24,000 nt of DNA from the NCBI GenBank assembly GCA_047621785.1, contig JBLHMH010000032.1, positions 1,611 to 25,610 on the forward strand, given 5' to 3'. The translations under genes and the position numbers were made by a program. Under the pieces are notes generated by a model, which did no database searches, was not told the origin of the DNA, and saw only the letters and a list, made by a program, of their open reading frames with translations. Below, in pieces: positions 9,317 through 18,004 of this stretch. Position 1 is the stretch's first letter. Each line of letters opens with the position of its first letter. Origin of the DNA: Polaribacter sp. (lineage in GTDB: Bacteria > Pseudomonadota > Gammaproteobacteria > Arenicellales > Arenicellaceae).

Positions 9317-10726
9317 CTAAGCTTGCCATCCAAGCTGTTCTAGCCAATCTATTTTGAACGTTTTATGTCGATATGACCCGTCTTGCTGTGGTTGGTAGTG
9401 TTCCTGGTATTTTTCAATGTTATGACTGATTTCGTTTAAAGCCCTGACTAAAGCTTCAATATCAGCGCTAGTGTTATAAAGGCTAATGCTTACCCTGACC
9501 ATACCGCGTTTGGCGTTAATCAGCATTTCATGTTGATCTTCTGCTACGTCTGATAAATCCATTTGCCATAAGGCCTCCTTTAACATGCTACTGACATACG
9601 GATGAGCGCAGAAGCATCCATTGCGAACGGCGATAGCATAATAGTCATTTAGAATTGCGGCTAATAGTCCGTGATCTATACCAGTATGATTGAAACTGAT
9701 CGCGCCAATTCGATGCTGCGAAGAGTCACCATAAACTTGAATAAACGAAAGTGAACTCAGAGCATCGAATAATTCGATCCCAAGTTCTTTAGCGTGATGT
9801 TCTATTTTTTCGAAGCCATATTCGTCAAGCGAATGCATAACTTTGGCGAGAGCGATAGCGCCCACAATATTCGTTGTGCCAGACTGTTCCTTGTGCGGGA
9901 ATTCGGTCAGCAGTTGATAGTCGTAATAACTAACATCTGCGACTGACCCGCCGCCTAAATCTTGCCCAGTTAATGAGGCTAGTAACTGCTTTTTGGCGAC
10001 CAATACGCCTGGCGCAGTGGGTGTATACAGCTTATGCCCAGAAAAAACGAACATATCGATTTCAGATGCTGCATTCCCGTGGCTTAAGTGTGTAGCGCAG
10101 TGCGCCACTGATTGTGCGCCGTCCACCAACACCAAAGTATCGTACTTATGTGCTAAGCGCGCAATCTCAAGGCTTGGATTGACAATTCCGGTGACATTGC
10201 TTATATGAGAAAAAGCCAGATAATTGACTTGGCCCTGATATTTTATTAACAATGCCTCTGCTTCGCGTAGATCGATACGTCCTTGTTGGTCTCCGTAGTT
10301 AGCTAAGGGAATATAATGTATTTGATTGCCGAATTGGCGGTGGGGTAAGTCGTTAGCGTGATGCTCCATCGCACTGACCAACACTATTTTTCGCTCAGGT
10401 CGTGCTACCGCGAGGCCCCTGGCGATTCGGTTAATTCCAGCGGTTGTCCCAGCACCGGTAAAAATGGCAGTATAGTCGGATTCATTCGCGCCCAAACACT
10501 TTAGAATTTGCGAGTATGCCCAGCCCAGTGCTTTAGTCGATATTTGCGCAGAATTGTGCACATAGCTATGTGTATTTGAGTAGTGAGGCAGTAACTCTTG
10601 GATTGTTTGCAAAGCTACCTTACTGGCCAGCGGTGAGGCAGCGCCATCCATATGAATGCGCGCTTGCGATTCGCCGTCGGCCGTGCGGTAGTGAGTGTTA
10701 AGGCCAATAAATTGTGGGCTAGGCAT
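9317..10726 (-). CDS. aminotransferase class V-fold PLP-dependent enzyme (cysteine desulfurase / selenocysteine lyase-like)
   Basis: 469-aa ORF with the fold-type I pattern: FTGAGTTAGINR, VLVDGAQS, the PLP-lysine motif FSGHKLY, and a C-terminal RNGCFCAHPY segment typical of this subfamily. The exact substrate cannot be inferred. Confidence 0.85.
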   Translation of the reverse strand: MPSPQFIGLNTHYRTADGESQARIHMDGAASPLASKVALQTIQELLPHYSNTHSYVHNSAQISTKALGWAYSQILKCLGANESDYTAIFTGAGTTAGINRIARGLAVARPERKIVLVSAMEHHANDLPHRQFGNQIHYIPLANYGDQQGRIDLREAEALLIKYQGQVNYLAFSHISNVTGIVNPSLEIARLAHKYDTLVLVDGAQSVAHCATHLSHGNAASEIDMFVFSGHKLYTPTAPGVLVAKKQLLASLTGQDLGGGSVADVSYYDYQLLTEFPHKEQSGTTNIVGAIALAKVMHSLDEYGFEKIEHHAKELGIELFDALSSLSFIQVYGDSSQHRIGAISFNHTGIDHGLLAAILNDYYAIAVRNGCFCAHPYVSSMLKEALWQMDLSDVAEDQHEMLINAKRGMVRVSISLYNTSADIEALVRALNEISHNIEKYQEHYQPQQDGSYRHKTFKIDWLEQLGWQA

Positions 10727-10888
10727 AGTTTAGATTCAGCAGGCCGTTCAAGGTCCGGCAATTAGTCAATCAATAATGCCTTTAGTATAGGTCATCAAGC
10801 TGGTTCACATAAGCTCGTTCAAGCAGCTAGTTAAAGCGATGTTTCGATTTATAGAAGGTTGCGCTATCGCCACCGCTGTTGGTTGATC

Positions 10889-11731
10889 TTAGGGCTGTGT
10901 CGCTTTACCAAACATTAGGGTCAATAGCTTTAGGTACGCGGTTGGCCAAATTCTCTGCACTTTATCCATGAATTTTGCATCGGCCCCAATCAATAAGCGT
11001 CGTTTATTTTTGAGCACTGCCTTAAGAATTTCGGAAGCGGCCTTGTCAGCCGTGGTTCTGGCTAGCTTGTCAAATTCAATTACTGATTGAGCATGCTTTT
11101 GGGTGTTATCGCGCTCGCCATTGTCACTTACCCGTGCGCTGCGAGCGATATTGGTTTTAATGCCACCTGGATGAACCGTGGTGCAGCTGATCGAGCTGCC
11201 TTCTAATTCCAACTCATGGCGTAGCGCATCGGTCATACCCCTAACCGCAAATTTACTTGCATTGTATGCGGTTTGATTGGGTACCGAGACAATACCAAAT
11301 ATGCTGGAGATATTCACAATATGTCCCCAATCGGCCTTTTGCATAATAGGTAAAAATGCCTTGGTTCCGTACAACACGCCATAGAAATTAATGTTCATTA
11401 GCCATTTAAAGTCCTCCAAGGGAGTGGTCCAGAGCGGTCCGGCAGCCAGTGCCACGCCTGCATTATTAATGACTAAATTCACTCCACCGTAATGTTGCTC
11501 GATGGCGTCGGCGAAACCGAAGACAGCATTCTCATCAGCCACATCAAAACTACTAGAAAGTACTTCAGCGCCACGTTTGACAATTTCTGCTTCGGTTGCA
11601 TCGAGATTGCTTTCGTTTATGTCGGAGATGGCTAATTTTGCGCCATGGTCGGCCAGTTGATATGCCAGTTGACGGCCAATACCTGACCCAGCGCCGGTAA
11701 CGACGGCCACACAATTTTTAAATTTTTTCAT
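10889..11731 (-). CDS. short-chain dehydrogenase/reductase (classical SDR)
   Basis: TGAGSGIG cofactor motif, NNAG, the catalytic S...YNASK, and PGGIKT. Confidence 0.9.
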   Translation of the reverse strand: MKKFKNCVAVVTGAGSGIGRQLAYQLADHGAKLAISDINESNLDATEAEIVKRGAEVLSSSFDVADENAVFGFADAIEQHYGGVNLVINNAGVALAAGPLWTTPLEDFKWLMNINFYGVLYGTKAFLPIMQKADWGHIVNISSIFGIVSVPNQTAYNASKFAVRGMTDALRHELELEGSSISCTTVHPGGIKTNIARSARVSDNGERDNTQKHAQSVIEFDKLARTTADKAASEILKAVLKNKRRLLIGADAKFMDKVQRIWPTAYLKLLTLMFGKATQP

Positions 11732-11792
11732 TTTTTATTAGTCTATAGTTAAGGGGCGTTTATTGATGCTCGCTGTTGATGTTGTTTTTATG

Positions 11793-12443
11793 TTAGTTAA
11801 TGCCACCTGATTCAAGGGCTACATTACTGAGGCTGGTGGTAAGCTCTGAATCAGACAGATTTAGCAGAATTTCAGCTAGCCATTGGCGAAAATGCGCGCG
11901 ATTACCTTGTTCAGTTCCATAGCCGAGTGCGTCTTTGATGCCCGCGCCGGAAATAACCTCTCCTACCAATGCTAGGGTGACCAGCATTACTAGGCGATTG
12001 GTATTCTCTAAGTTCACATCACCGTCGATCTTGGTTCTGAGCTGATGGGAGAGCTTGACAATTCGCTGCATATTTTCTTTTATTGAAGTCTCTGCGCCGC
12101 TTAGATGCATCCAAACTGCAACCTTGCCCTCAGCGCCAGGATAGGCGGTGTCTAAGACTTGCGTCATCGCCAAGACCTGATCTTCAGGTGCGGCTTGCAC
12201 TGCCTTTGATATCGCGACAGTGATTCTATCAGTCGCTTTTTCTGCAACTCGCTTGGCCAGCGCATTCAGCAATCCCTGGCGAGAACCAAAGTGGTGGATG
12301 ATGTTGGGGTGGGCCATATTCGCTTGCTTGGCGACAGCACTAATTCTTAGGCCCGCTGGGCCTACTTCAAACACCGTCTGTTGCGCAGCGTCTAGTATTG
12401 CCTCACGTGCATGCTCGGGGGATTTATGGTTTTTTTTAGCCAC
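11793..12443 (-). CDS. TetR/AcrR-family transcriptional regulator
   Basis: GTG start. The N-terminal HTH is AREAILDAAQQTVFEVGPAGLRISAVAKQANMAHPNIIHHFGSRQGLL, followed by a helical ligand-binding-type C-terminus. It is divergent from the hydrolase/monooxygenase operon. Confidence 0.88.
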   Translation of the reverse strand: MAKKNHKSPEHAREAILDAAQQTVFEVGPAGLRISAVAKQANMAHPNIIHHFGSRQGLLNALAKRVAEKATDRITVAISKAVQAAPEDQVLAMTQVLDTAYPGAEGKVAVWMHLSGAETSIKENMQRIVKLSHQLRTKIDGDVNLENTNRLVMLVTLALVGEVISGAGIKDALGYGTEQGNRAHFRQWLAEILLNLSDSELTTSLSNVALESGGIN

Positions 12444-12515
12444 TGATCGTATTTACTTTAGGTGCTTGTGATTTTTAATTGTTTATTTAGAGGCAAATTG
12501 CTTGATGCGTGTTTG

Positions 12516-12544
12516 TTGACAGCTGCACGATTTAGATTTAATAT
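12516..12544 (+). promoter_or_regulatory. near-consensus sigma70 promoter for the 12652-16112 operon
   Basis: TTGACA (12516-12521), a 17-nt spacer, then TAATAT (12539-12544). It lies about 108 nt upstream of the first ATG. Confidence 0.6.
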
Positions 12545-12556
12545 CTGCCAAGTATA

Positions 12557-12574
12557 GTTTACAGGGCTGTAAAC
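12557..12574. promoter_or_regulatory. candidate TetR operator (perfect 8-2-8 palindrome)
   Basis: gtttacagGGctgtaaac is a perfect inverted repeat. It starts about 13 bp after the -10 hexamer, where the transcription start should be, in the divergent TetR intergenic region. Confidence 0.6.
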
Positions 12575-12651
12575 AACAAGATGGTTAGATTTCTTAGGTT
12601 TGGGGCACAAGGTTCTAATTCATAAATAGTAACTTATAGACAGGAAAGCAG

Positions 12652-13527
12652 ATGAACGCAAAAGCAGAATTGAGTCCAAAGGTTGATATAGTGGGTGGGC
12701 AGTCATCGTCCAAGTTAAACATAGTTCCACGTCGAGTTCGTTTCAATTTTTCAGACATCAATCGTGCAGATTTTCACTCCAATAACGCCATCATAAGTGC
12801 GTTTTGGGTTGGCTTATCAGCAACTTTTCCGATCGGTGAGGCTGAATTCATCCACTCCGTAAAGTTATTCGAAAATCAAGTCAGTGATCCTAAGTTATTA
12901 AAGGAAGTTCAAGAGTTTGCGCAACAAGAAGCACACCATGCACTGCAGCATAAGAAGATCAATAGCCAATTTGATAGCTGTGGTTATGGTACTCGAAAGA
13001 TCCAAGACTTAATGGATGCGAAACTGCGGCAGCGTGCTCAAAAATGGAGTTCTGAGAAGCGCTTGATGCGCACCGTCTCTGCTGAGCATTTCACCGCAGT
13101 TATGGCGCATTTTGCTTTGAGCCATCCACAGCTCACGGAGAGTGTGCCTGAGTCTTTTGCAAGCTTGTTCCTATGGCATTCTATCGAAGAGGTTGAACAC
13201 AAGTCTGTTGCTTTCGATGTCTATCGACATTGCGTAGGTGACATGTCTAAACTACGCCGGCATTACGCCCATTTTGCGTTCATCGAGTTTCCGTTCAATT
13301 TGATAATGATTACACGCTTTTTGTTAAAAGATTTAGGGCATAAGTCGACTTGGGCAGAGCGTAAGGGTATGTGGTTGTTCTTGTTTGGTAAAGCCGGAAT
13401 GATAAGTTCTGTAAAGCACCTGTACATGGACTTTTTCAAAAAGGACTTCCATCCATGGAAGCATGACAATTCGGAGCTTGTAGATCAATGGAAGCAAGAG
13501 TTAGCGCCGATTATTTATCCGGCTTAA
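12652..13527 (+). CDS. predicted metal-dependent hydrolase (PF10118-like, His/Glu-rich helical protein)
   Basis: Two E..H-type motifs (QQEAHHALQHKK and IEEVEHKSVAFDVY) in a ~290-aa helical protein match my recollection of the Metal_hydrol (PF10118) family. The assignment was not verified by search. Confidence 0.65.
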   Translation: MNAKAELSPKVDIVGGQSSSKLNIVPRRVRFNFSDINRADFHSNNAIISAFWVGLSATFPIGEAEFIHSVKLFENQVSDPKLLKEVQEFAQQEAHHALQHKKINSQFDSCGYGTRKIQDLMDAKLRQRAQKWSSEKRLMRTVSAEHFTAVMAHFALSHPQLTESVPESFASLFLWHSIEEVEHKSVAFDVYRHCVGDMSKLRRHYAHFAFIEFPFNLIMITRFLLKDLGHKSTWAERKGMWLFLFGKAGMISSVKHLYMDFFKKDFHPWKHDNSELVDQWKQELAPIIYPA

Positions 13528-13711
13528 GTTTCTTGCGCGCTGACCGACTGCAATATGTCGTCTGGGTTGGGCATCTACTTGATGTTTTTCTGATTGATTA
13601 GGCCGTCCGTTTTATTCATTGCATTCCTGAAAGAGATTAACAGTGAAGAACCGCCTTGGCGGCATACGTCACTGTCCTAAAACCGCACTTAGATAGAAGA
13701 GAAAAATAATT

Positions 13712-15145
13712 ATGTCCACAGCGCATTATGACGCAATCATCATCGGCGCCGGTATTTCAGGTATTAGTGCCGCTTATCATTTTCAGAAACTTTGTCCGGG
13801 TAAGACCTATAAAATTTTGGAACGTCGTCAGCAGATAGGGGGTACTTGGGATTTATTTAACTATCCTGGGATTCGTTCAGACTCGGATATGTATACCTTC
13901 GGTTTTTCTTTTCGTCCATGGCATGATGAATCAGCGATTGCATCCAAAGAAAAGATCATTGACTACCTAAATGACACAATTGATGAGTACGATATCGGTA
14001 AAAATATCGAGTTCGGGGTCTACAGTAAAAAGGCCAATTGGTCTTCTGCGAAAGCCGAATGGCAGTTAGACGCCGTCGATGAACAAAGCGGTGCAAGCAA
14101 ACGTTATTCCAGCCAGCATATCTTTATGTGTGTTGGATACTACAATTACGACCATGGTTACACGCCAGAGTTTGAGGGTAGGTCCGATTTTAAGGGCGAC
14201 GTGGTTCATCCTCAGCAATGGCCAGAGGATGCAGACTACCAAGACAAAAAGGTTGTTGTCATTGGCAGCGGTGCAACCGCAGTCACCTTAATTCCTTCGA
14301 TGGCGGCTAAGGCCGCACACGTTACCATGCTCCAGCGCTCACCAACCTATATGGCGGCTAGGCCTGCTATTGATCCTAAAGCCAATTGGGTCGCTAAATG
14401 GTTGGGTCGAAGAGCGGCTAGATGGTGGTTTATTTTAAACTCCATGTTCATATACAGCTACTGCAAAAAATTTCCGAGCAGGGCTAAAGAAGCGATAATC
14501 GCTGAAGTCAAAGGATTACTTGGCAAGAATTTTGAAGCCGAGCATTTTACACCCAAATATAATCCATGGGATGAGCGCCTATGCTTGTGTCCTGATGGTG
14601 ATTTCTTCGATGCAATTAATGCAGGCAAGGCTAGCGTTGTCACTGATCACATTGAGCGATTTACTGAGTCAGGGATAAAGCTAAAGTCAGGTGTCGAATT
14701 ACCAGCGGATATGATTGTTACGGCAACTGGGCTGGAGATGTTGTTTCTGGGCGGGATAGAAATAATGGTTGACGGTAAGCTGAAGAAGCCCTCACAGAGT
14801 TATGTTTATAAGGGGGTGATGTGCAACGATATGCCAAATTTGTATATTGCGACAGGTTACACAAATGCTTCGTGGACACTGAAGGTAGATCTGACCAATA
14901 AGTACGCATGCCGCTTAATTAATTATATGGATGACAATAAATACAAATATTGTAGTGCTAAAGCACCTTCCAACTTGATTGGTGCACCGCTTTTGGATCT
15001 TGATGCAGGTTATATTCGCCGTGGACAGGGCGCTTTGCCCATGCAGGGGATACAGGCACCTTGGCGACTTTATCAAAACTACATCTACGACAAATGCACT
15101 CTAAAGTTTAAGGCTGTGAAGGACGAATCAATGACTTTTTATTAG
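13712..15145 (+). CDS. flavin-binding Baeyer-Villiger-type monooxygenase, AlmA-like
   Basis: FAD Rossmann motif IIGAGISG. The GGTWDLFNYPGIRSDSDMYTFGFSFRPW block is characteristic of AlmA-like enzymes. The BVMO fingerprint FKGDVVHPQQWP fits FxGxxxHxxxWP. The second Rossmann motif is VIGSGATA. Confidence 0.88.
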   Translation: MSTAHYDAIIIGAGISGISAAYHFQKLCPGKTYKILERRQQIGGTWDLFNYPGIRSDSDMYTFGFSFRPWHDESAIASKEKIIDYLNDTIDEYDIGKNIEFGVYSKKANWSSAKAEWQLDAVDEQSGASKRYSSQHIFMCVGYYNYDHGYTPEFEGRSDFKGDVVHPQQWPEDADYQDKKVVVIGSGATAVTLIPSMAAKAAHVTMLQRSPTYMAARPAIDPKANWVAKWLGRRAARWWFILNSMFIYSYCKKFPSRAKEAIIAEVKGLLGKNFEAEHFTPKYNPWDERLCLCPDGDFFDAINAGKASVVTDHIERFTESGIKLKSGVELPADMIVTATGLEMLFLGGIEIMVDGKLKKPSQSYVYKGVMCNDMPNLYIATGYTNASWTLKVDLTNKYACRLINYMDDNKYKYCSAKAPSNLIGAPLLDLDAGYIRRGQGALPMQGIQAPWRLYQNYIYDKCTLKFKAVKDESMTFY

Positions 15146-15218
15146 TCTGCAAGAATTAGGTGTAATCTGCCGAGTACTGGTGATGTGATTTACACATCAG
15201 TTCAGGCATTATTGGGCA

Positions 15219-16112
15219 ATGAAAAAAGCCACCATAATTAGTAGCGTCGTAATCCTTATATCCACAGCCCTAGCAATAGGCGTTAGTTTTGCTGGAGGCG
15301 ATGGCGGGGCACGCGTCGGCGGACTTCCAGTTTTTGTGATTTGTGGCGTAGCCGCATTTGCAATAAATTGGATTGCCTTCATTCCCGCAAATATCAATAA
15401 AACTGAGCATTTTTATGATCTTACTGGGAGTGTTACCTACTTAACGGTGATCGCCCTAGCGGTTGCGTTGAGCAGTTCCAGCGATGCCGAGGGCGAAATC
15501 AGTTTACGTGCGCTATTAGTAGCATGCATGGTGGTCATTTGGGCCAGTAGGTTAGGAATCTTCTTGTTCACCCGAATTCGCCGCGACGGTAAGGACGACC
15601 GCTTTGACGAGATCAAAATCAACCCCATACGATTTTTTCTAACCTGGACGTTGCAGGGCTTGTGGGTGGTTCTAACAGCCGCGTGTGCTTTAGCGATTAT
15701 CACTGGTGGTGATCAATCTTCGATGGGCGTAATCGGCTGGTTGGGCACCCTCATTTGGCTATTTGGATTTATAATCGAGGTGGTCGCAGATAAACAGAAA
15801 TCTGCATTTAAGAAAGATGTGGCCAACTCGGGTAAATTTATATCCAGCGGATTGTGGTCCTGGTCAAGGCATCCAAATTACTTTGGCGAGATGCTGCTGT
15901 GGTTTGGAGTCGCTGTAATGGCCATTCCTGTCCTGCATGGCTGGCAGTGGGTTTGTCTTGTTTCGCCGATATTTGTGTACGCGTTAATTGCTCACGTTAG
16001 TGGCGTCAATCAACTTGAGGCTAAGGCTGATAGAAAGTGGGGGAAAGATCCTGCTTATCTAGCATACAAGCACAATACCTCAGAACTACTGTTGCGCCGT
16101 CCCTTGAAGTAA
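15219..16112 (+). CDS. DUF1295 polytopic membrane protein (steroid 5-alpha-reductase / ICMT-like fold)
   Basis: Multiple TM helices plus the C-terminal signature GLWSWSRHPNYFGEMLLWFG typical of DUF1295. Confidence 0.8.
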   Translation: MKKATIISSVVILISTALAIGVSFAGGDGGARVGGLPVFVICGVAAFAINWIAFIPANINKTEHFYDLTGSVTYLTVIALAVALSSSSDAEGEISLRALLVACMVVIWASRLGIFLFTRIRRDGKDDRFDEIKINPIRFFLTWTLQGLWVVLTAACALAIITGGDQSSMGVIGWLGTLIWLFGFIIEVVADKQKSAFKKDVANSGKFISSGLWSWSRHPNYFGEMLLWFGVAVMAIPVLHGWQWVCLVSPIFVYALIAHVSGVNQLEAKADRKWGKDPAYLAYKHNTSELLLRRPLK

Positions 16113-16319
16113 GTGGTTTCGCAACTATTTCTTGTGGTTACTCTCGTCAATCATCGCTTGTAATTAAGCGTTATTAACAGAATTACGGTCGTTTTCTCCA
16201 CAAATTAGGACAAATAGCTCATTTTTAGTATTTAGTTTTCATTAAATCCTGCTAAACTATGGTTTCAATACGGTTAGCAGAACCCAACCCAATTCTGAAC
16301 TGTATTGTAAGGCTTCAAT

Positions 16320-16462
16320 TTCCACGTAGCTTCGTGGGTCTTTGAGCCACTGAGAGGCACCCCAAAGGGAAAGGGGGAGTCTCTTTAAGAACGATATTGA
16401 CCAGGGAGGATAATATTATTCGAAAAAACCCTTGCGTGCATCCTCACGCAAGGGTTTTTTTT
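16320..16462 (+). ncRNA. candidate small/structured RNA ending in a strong intrinsic terminator (class unresolved, 5' end unknown)
   Basis: The region has no ORF. Predicted hairpins are 16322-16337 (ccacg/cgtgg), 16360-16376 (cccc / gggg with loop AAAGGGAAA) and 16394-16416 (atatt / aatat with loop GACCAGGGAGGAT), followed by the terminator at 16429-16462. GGA motifs are exposed in the loops. Confidence 0.3.
16423..16462. terminator. strong Rho-independent terminator, symmetric (A6 - 10-bp GC-rich stem - T8)
   Basis: aaaaaa cccttgcgtg catcct cacgcaaggg tttttttt. The stem is 16429-16438 paired with 16445-16454 and the T-run is 16455-16462. It lies about 310 nt after the DUF1295 stop. Confidence 0.88.
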
Positions 16463-16598
16463 CGCTTTGGCTAACAGCCCAACCTAGGCACATTTGTACT
16501 AGGCTTAGATGCGTTCGACAAGTGTTTATTTTCCGTAATAGCGCATATGATAGGGTCTATAGGCCGTCGAATCATCGACACCGCTACTCGAGGTCATC

Positions 16599-17624
16599 AT
16601 GAACCACATCACAACAAAAAAAGTAAAAATTAAATCTGTCGGTACATTTATCCCTTCTGAAATCGTCAAGTCGGACGATCTAATGAACGAAATCGACTCA
16701 CAAAATAGATACGATATCCCGACTGATTGGATGCGTGTTGCGATGGGTATTGAAGAACGCAGAGTTGCCCCAGCATCGGCGAAGCCGTCAGATTTGGCGA
16801 TTCCTGCCGCTCGCGAAGCGATCGATTCTTGTCCGGGTTTATCGCCAGAAGATATTGATTTAGTTATCTTTTGTGGGATCGAACGAGATCAGCCAGAGCC
16901 GGCCACAGCGCATACAATACAAAACGCACTTGGCTTAAAAGCGAACCATGCCTTTGATATGGCAAACGCTTGTTTTGGGTTTATTGATGCAATGGAAGTT
17001 GCTTCAAACTTCATAAAATGTGGTATAGTTCAAAACGCATTGGTTGTCACTGGGGAGGTTCCTTCTAAGGTTCTTCGTTCTGTTGTCCAGACTCTTAAAG
17101 AGGGTGTCGATATTAAAACAGCCAAGAATATAATAGGTGCTTTGTCTGTAGGTGACGCTGGCGGTGCTGTTATAATTAGTTCTTCAGACGACTATGAAAT
17201 TTCTGGTTTTGAGCTTTTTAACACAACTAGCCATAGTTCATATGCTGATAAGTGTATTTACAACACCGGTGAAGACGGCAAACTTGAAGGTCAAATGTTA
17301 ATGGGCCATCTTGCTGCGGCGTTCATTAGGTACAACAGTAAGCTAATCGATGACACTCTGGAGAAGCTTGGATGGGATAATTTCGATTGGATGTTATCTC
17401 ATCAAATAGGCAAGCGGCCATTTGAAAAACTTTCTGTTATGAATGGCGTTAACCCTAATAGCATGATTAAAACTTTTGATAAATTGGGGAATATCACCAG
17501 CGCAACGTTTCCGGTGAATTTCAAGAAGCTCTGTGACGATGAAGATGTCCAGCTTGGGGCTCGAATAGGCGGATGTTTCGCCGGTTCAGGATTGGCCGTA
17601 GGCCAGTTTGGTTATACGTTTTAA
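16599..17624 (+). CDS. stand-alone KAS III (FabH)-like condensing enzyme, thiolase fold
   Basis: The FabH-like layout shows a Cys-His-Asn triad: AFDMANACFGF (Cys), MLSHQIGKRP (His), LGNITSATFP (Asn), plus VGDAGGAVII. Relative to FabH it has an insertion (VVQTLKEGVDIKTAKNIIGA). GAGG lies 5 nt upstream of the ATG. No ACP, fabD or fabG genes are adjacent. Confidence 0.85.
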   Translation: MNHITTKKVKIKSVGTFIPSEIVKSDDLMNEIDSQNRYDIPTDWMRVAMGIEERRVAPASAKPSDLAIPAAREAIDSCPGLSPEDIDLVIFCGIERDQPEPATAHTIQNALGLKANHAFDMANACFGFIDAMEVASNFIKCGIVQNALVVTGEVPSKVLRSVVQTLKEGVDIKTAKNIIGALSVGDAGGAVIISSSDDYEISGFELFNTTSHSSYADKCIYNTGEDGKLEGQMLMGHLAAAFIRYNSKLIDDTLEKLGWDNFDWMLSHQIGKRPFEKLSVMNGVNPNSMIKTFDKLGNITSATFPVNFKKLCDDEDVQLGARIGGCFAGSGLAVGQFGYTF

Positions 17625-17657
17625 CAAGAGATATGTGTCTTAAACTCTTGAATGTTC

Positions 17658-17680
17658 AGATGCTCTCAGCATTTTTATTT
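17658..17680 (+). terminator. weak intrinsic terminator after the KAS III-like gene
   Basis: atgct-ctc-agcat (17660-17672) is followed by TTTTATTT. An alternative longer pairing is ctctcagcat (17663-17672) with atgctgagag (17687-17696). Confidence 0.4.
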
Positions 17681-18004
17681 ACCTAGATGCTGAGAGTACA
17701 AACACATTTTGGGTGAGACTTGTTAATAGAAGACTTAGATGTCTATTATAGAGGTGCTAAGTCTCATTATTTAGTAACTGAGATTTTATGGAAGGCCGTA
17801 ATCGGTACAAAATAGAATAAGTTTTTAACTCAGCCAATAAGCAGGTGATACGTTTGAAAGTGGAGTTCTGAGTAGTTGTTATCGTTAAAGGCCTTTCTTC
17901 ACAGAGGGACTTACGATGCTAACGACAAAGAGGGCTTCAATAGAAAGAGCTATAACAGAGTTTGTCTTAGCAAAAAGTATTTTAGATAGTTACACGAGGA
18001 GATT

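Noticed and set aside
9993-15703. Track ORFs 9993-10208, 12220-12471, 13263-13469, 14079-14291, 14458-14643, 14718-14909, 15209-15397 and 15437-15703
   Set aside because: All are embedded in, or antisense to, confidently assigned genes (class-V PLP enzyme, TetR, hydrolase, BVMO, DUF1295). None has a recognisable motif or RBS.
16262-16420. Cobalamin (or TPP) riboswitch
   Set aside because: GCCACTG...GGGAAAGG and an ACTGTA..GTAAGG element recall the B12-element 3' half, and CTGAGA...ACCC...GGATAATA recalls TPP elements. However, I cannot find the conserved 5' core (AAnAGGGAA, GGTGnnAAnCC), a proper B12 box, or the TPP CCAGCG arm. The downstream KAS III-like gene is also not a typical regulon member. 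I kept this only as an alternative to test by cmscan.
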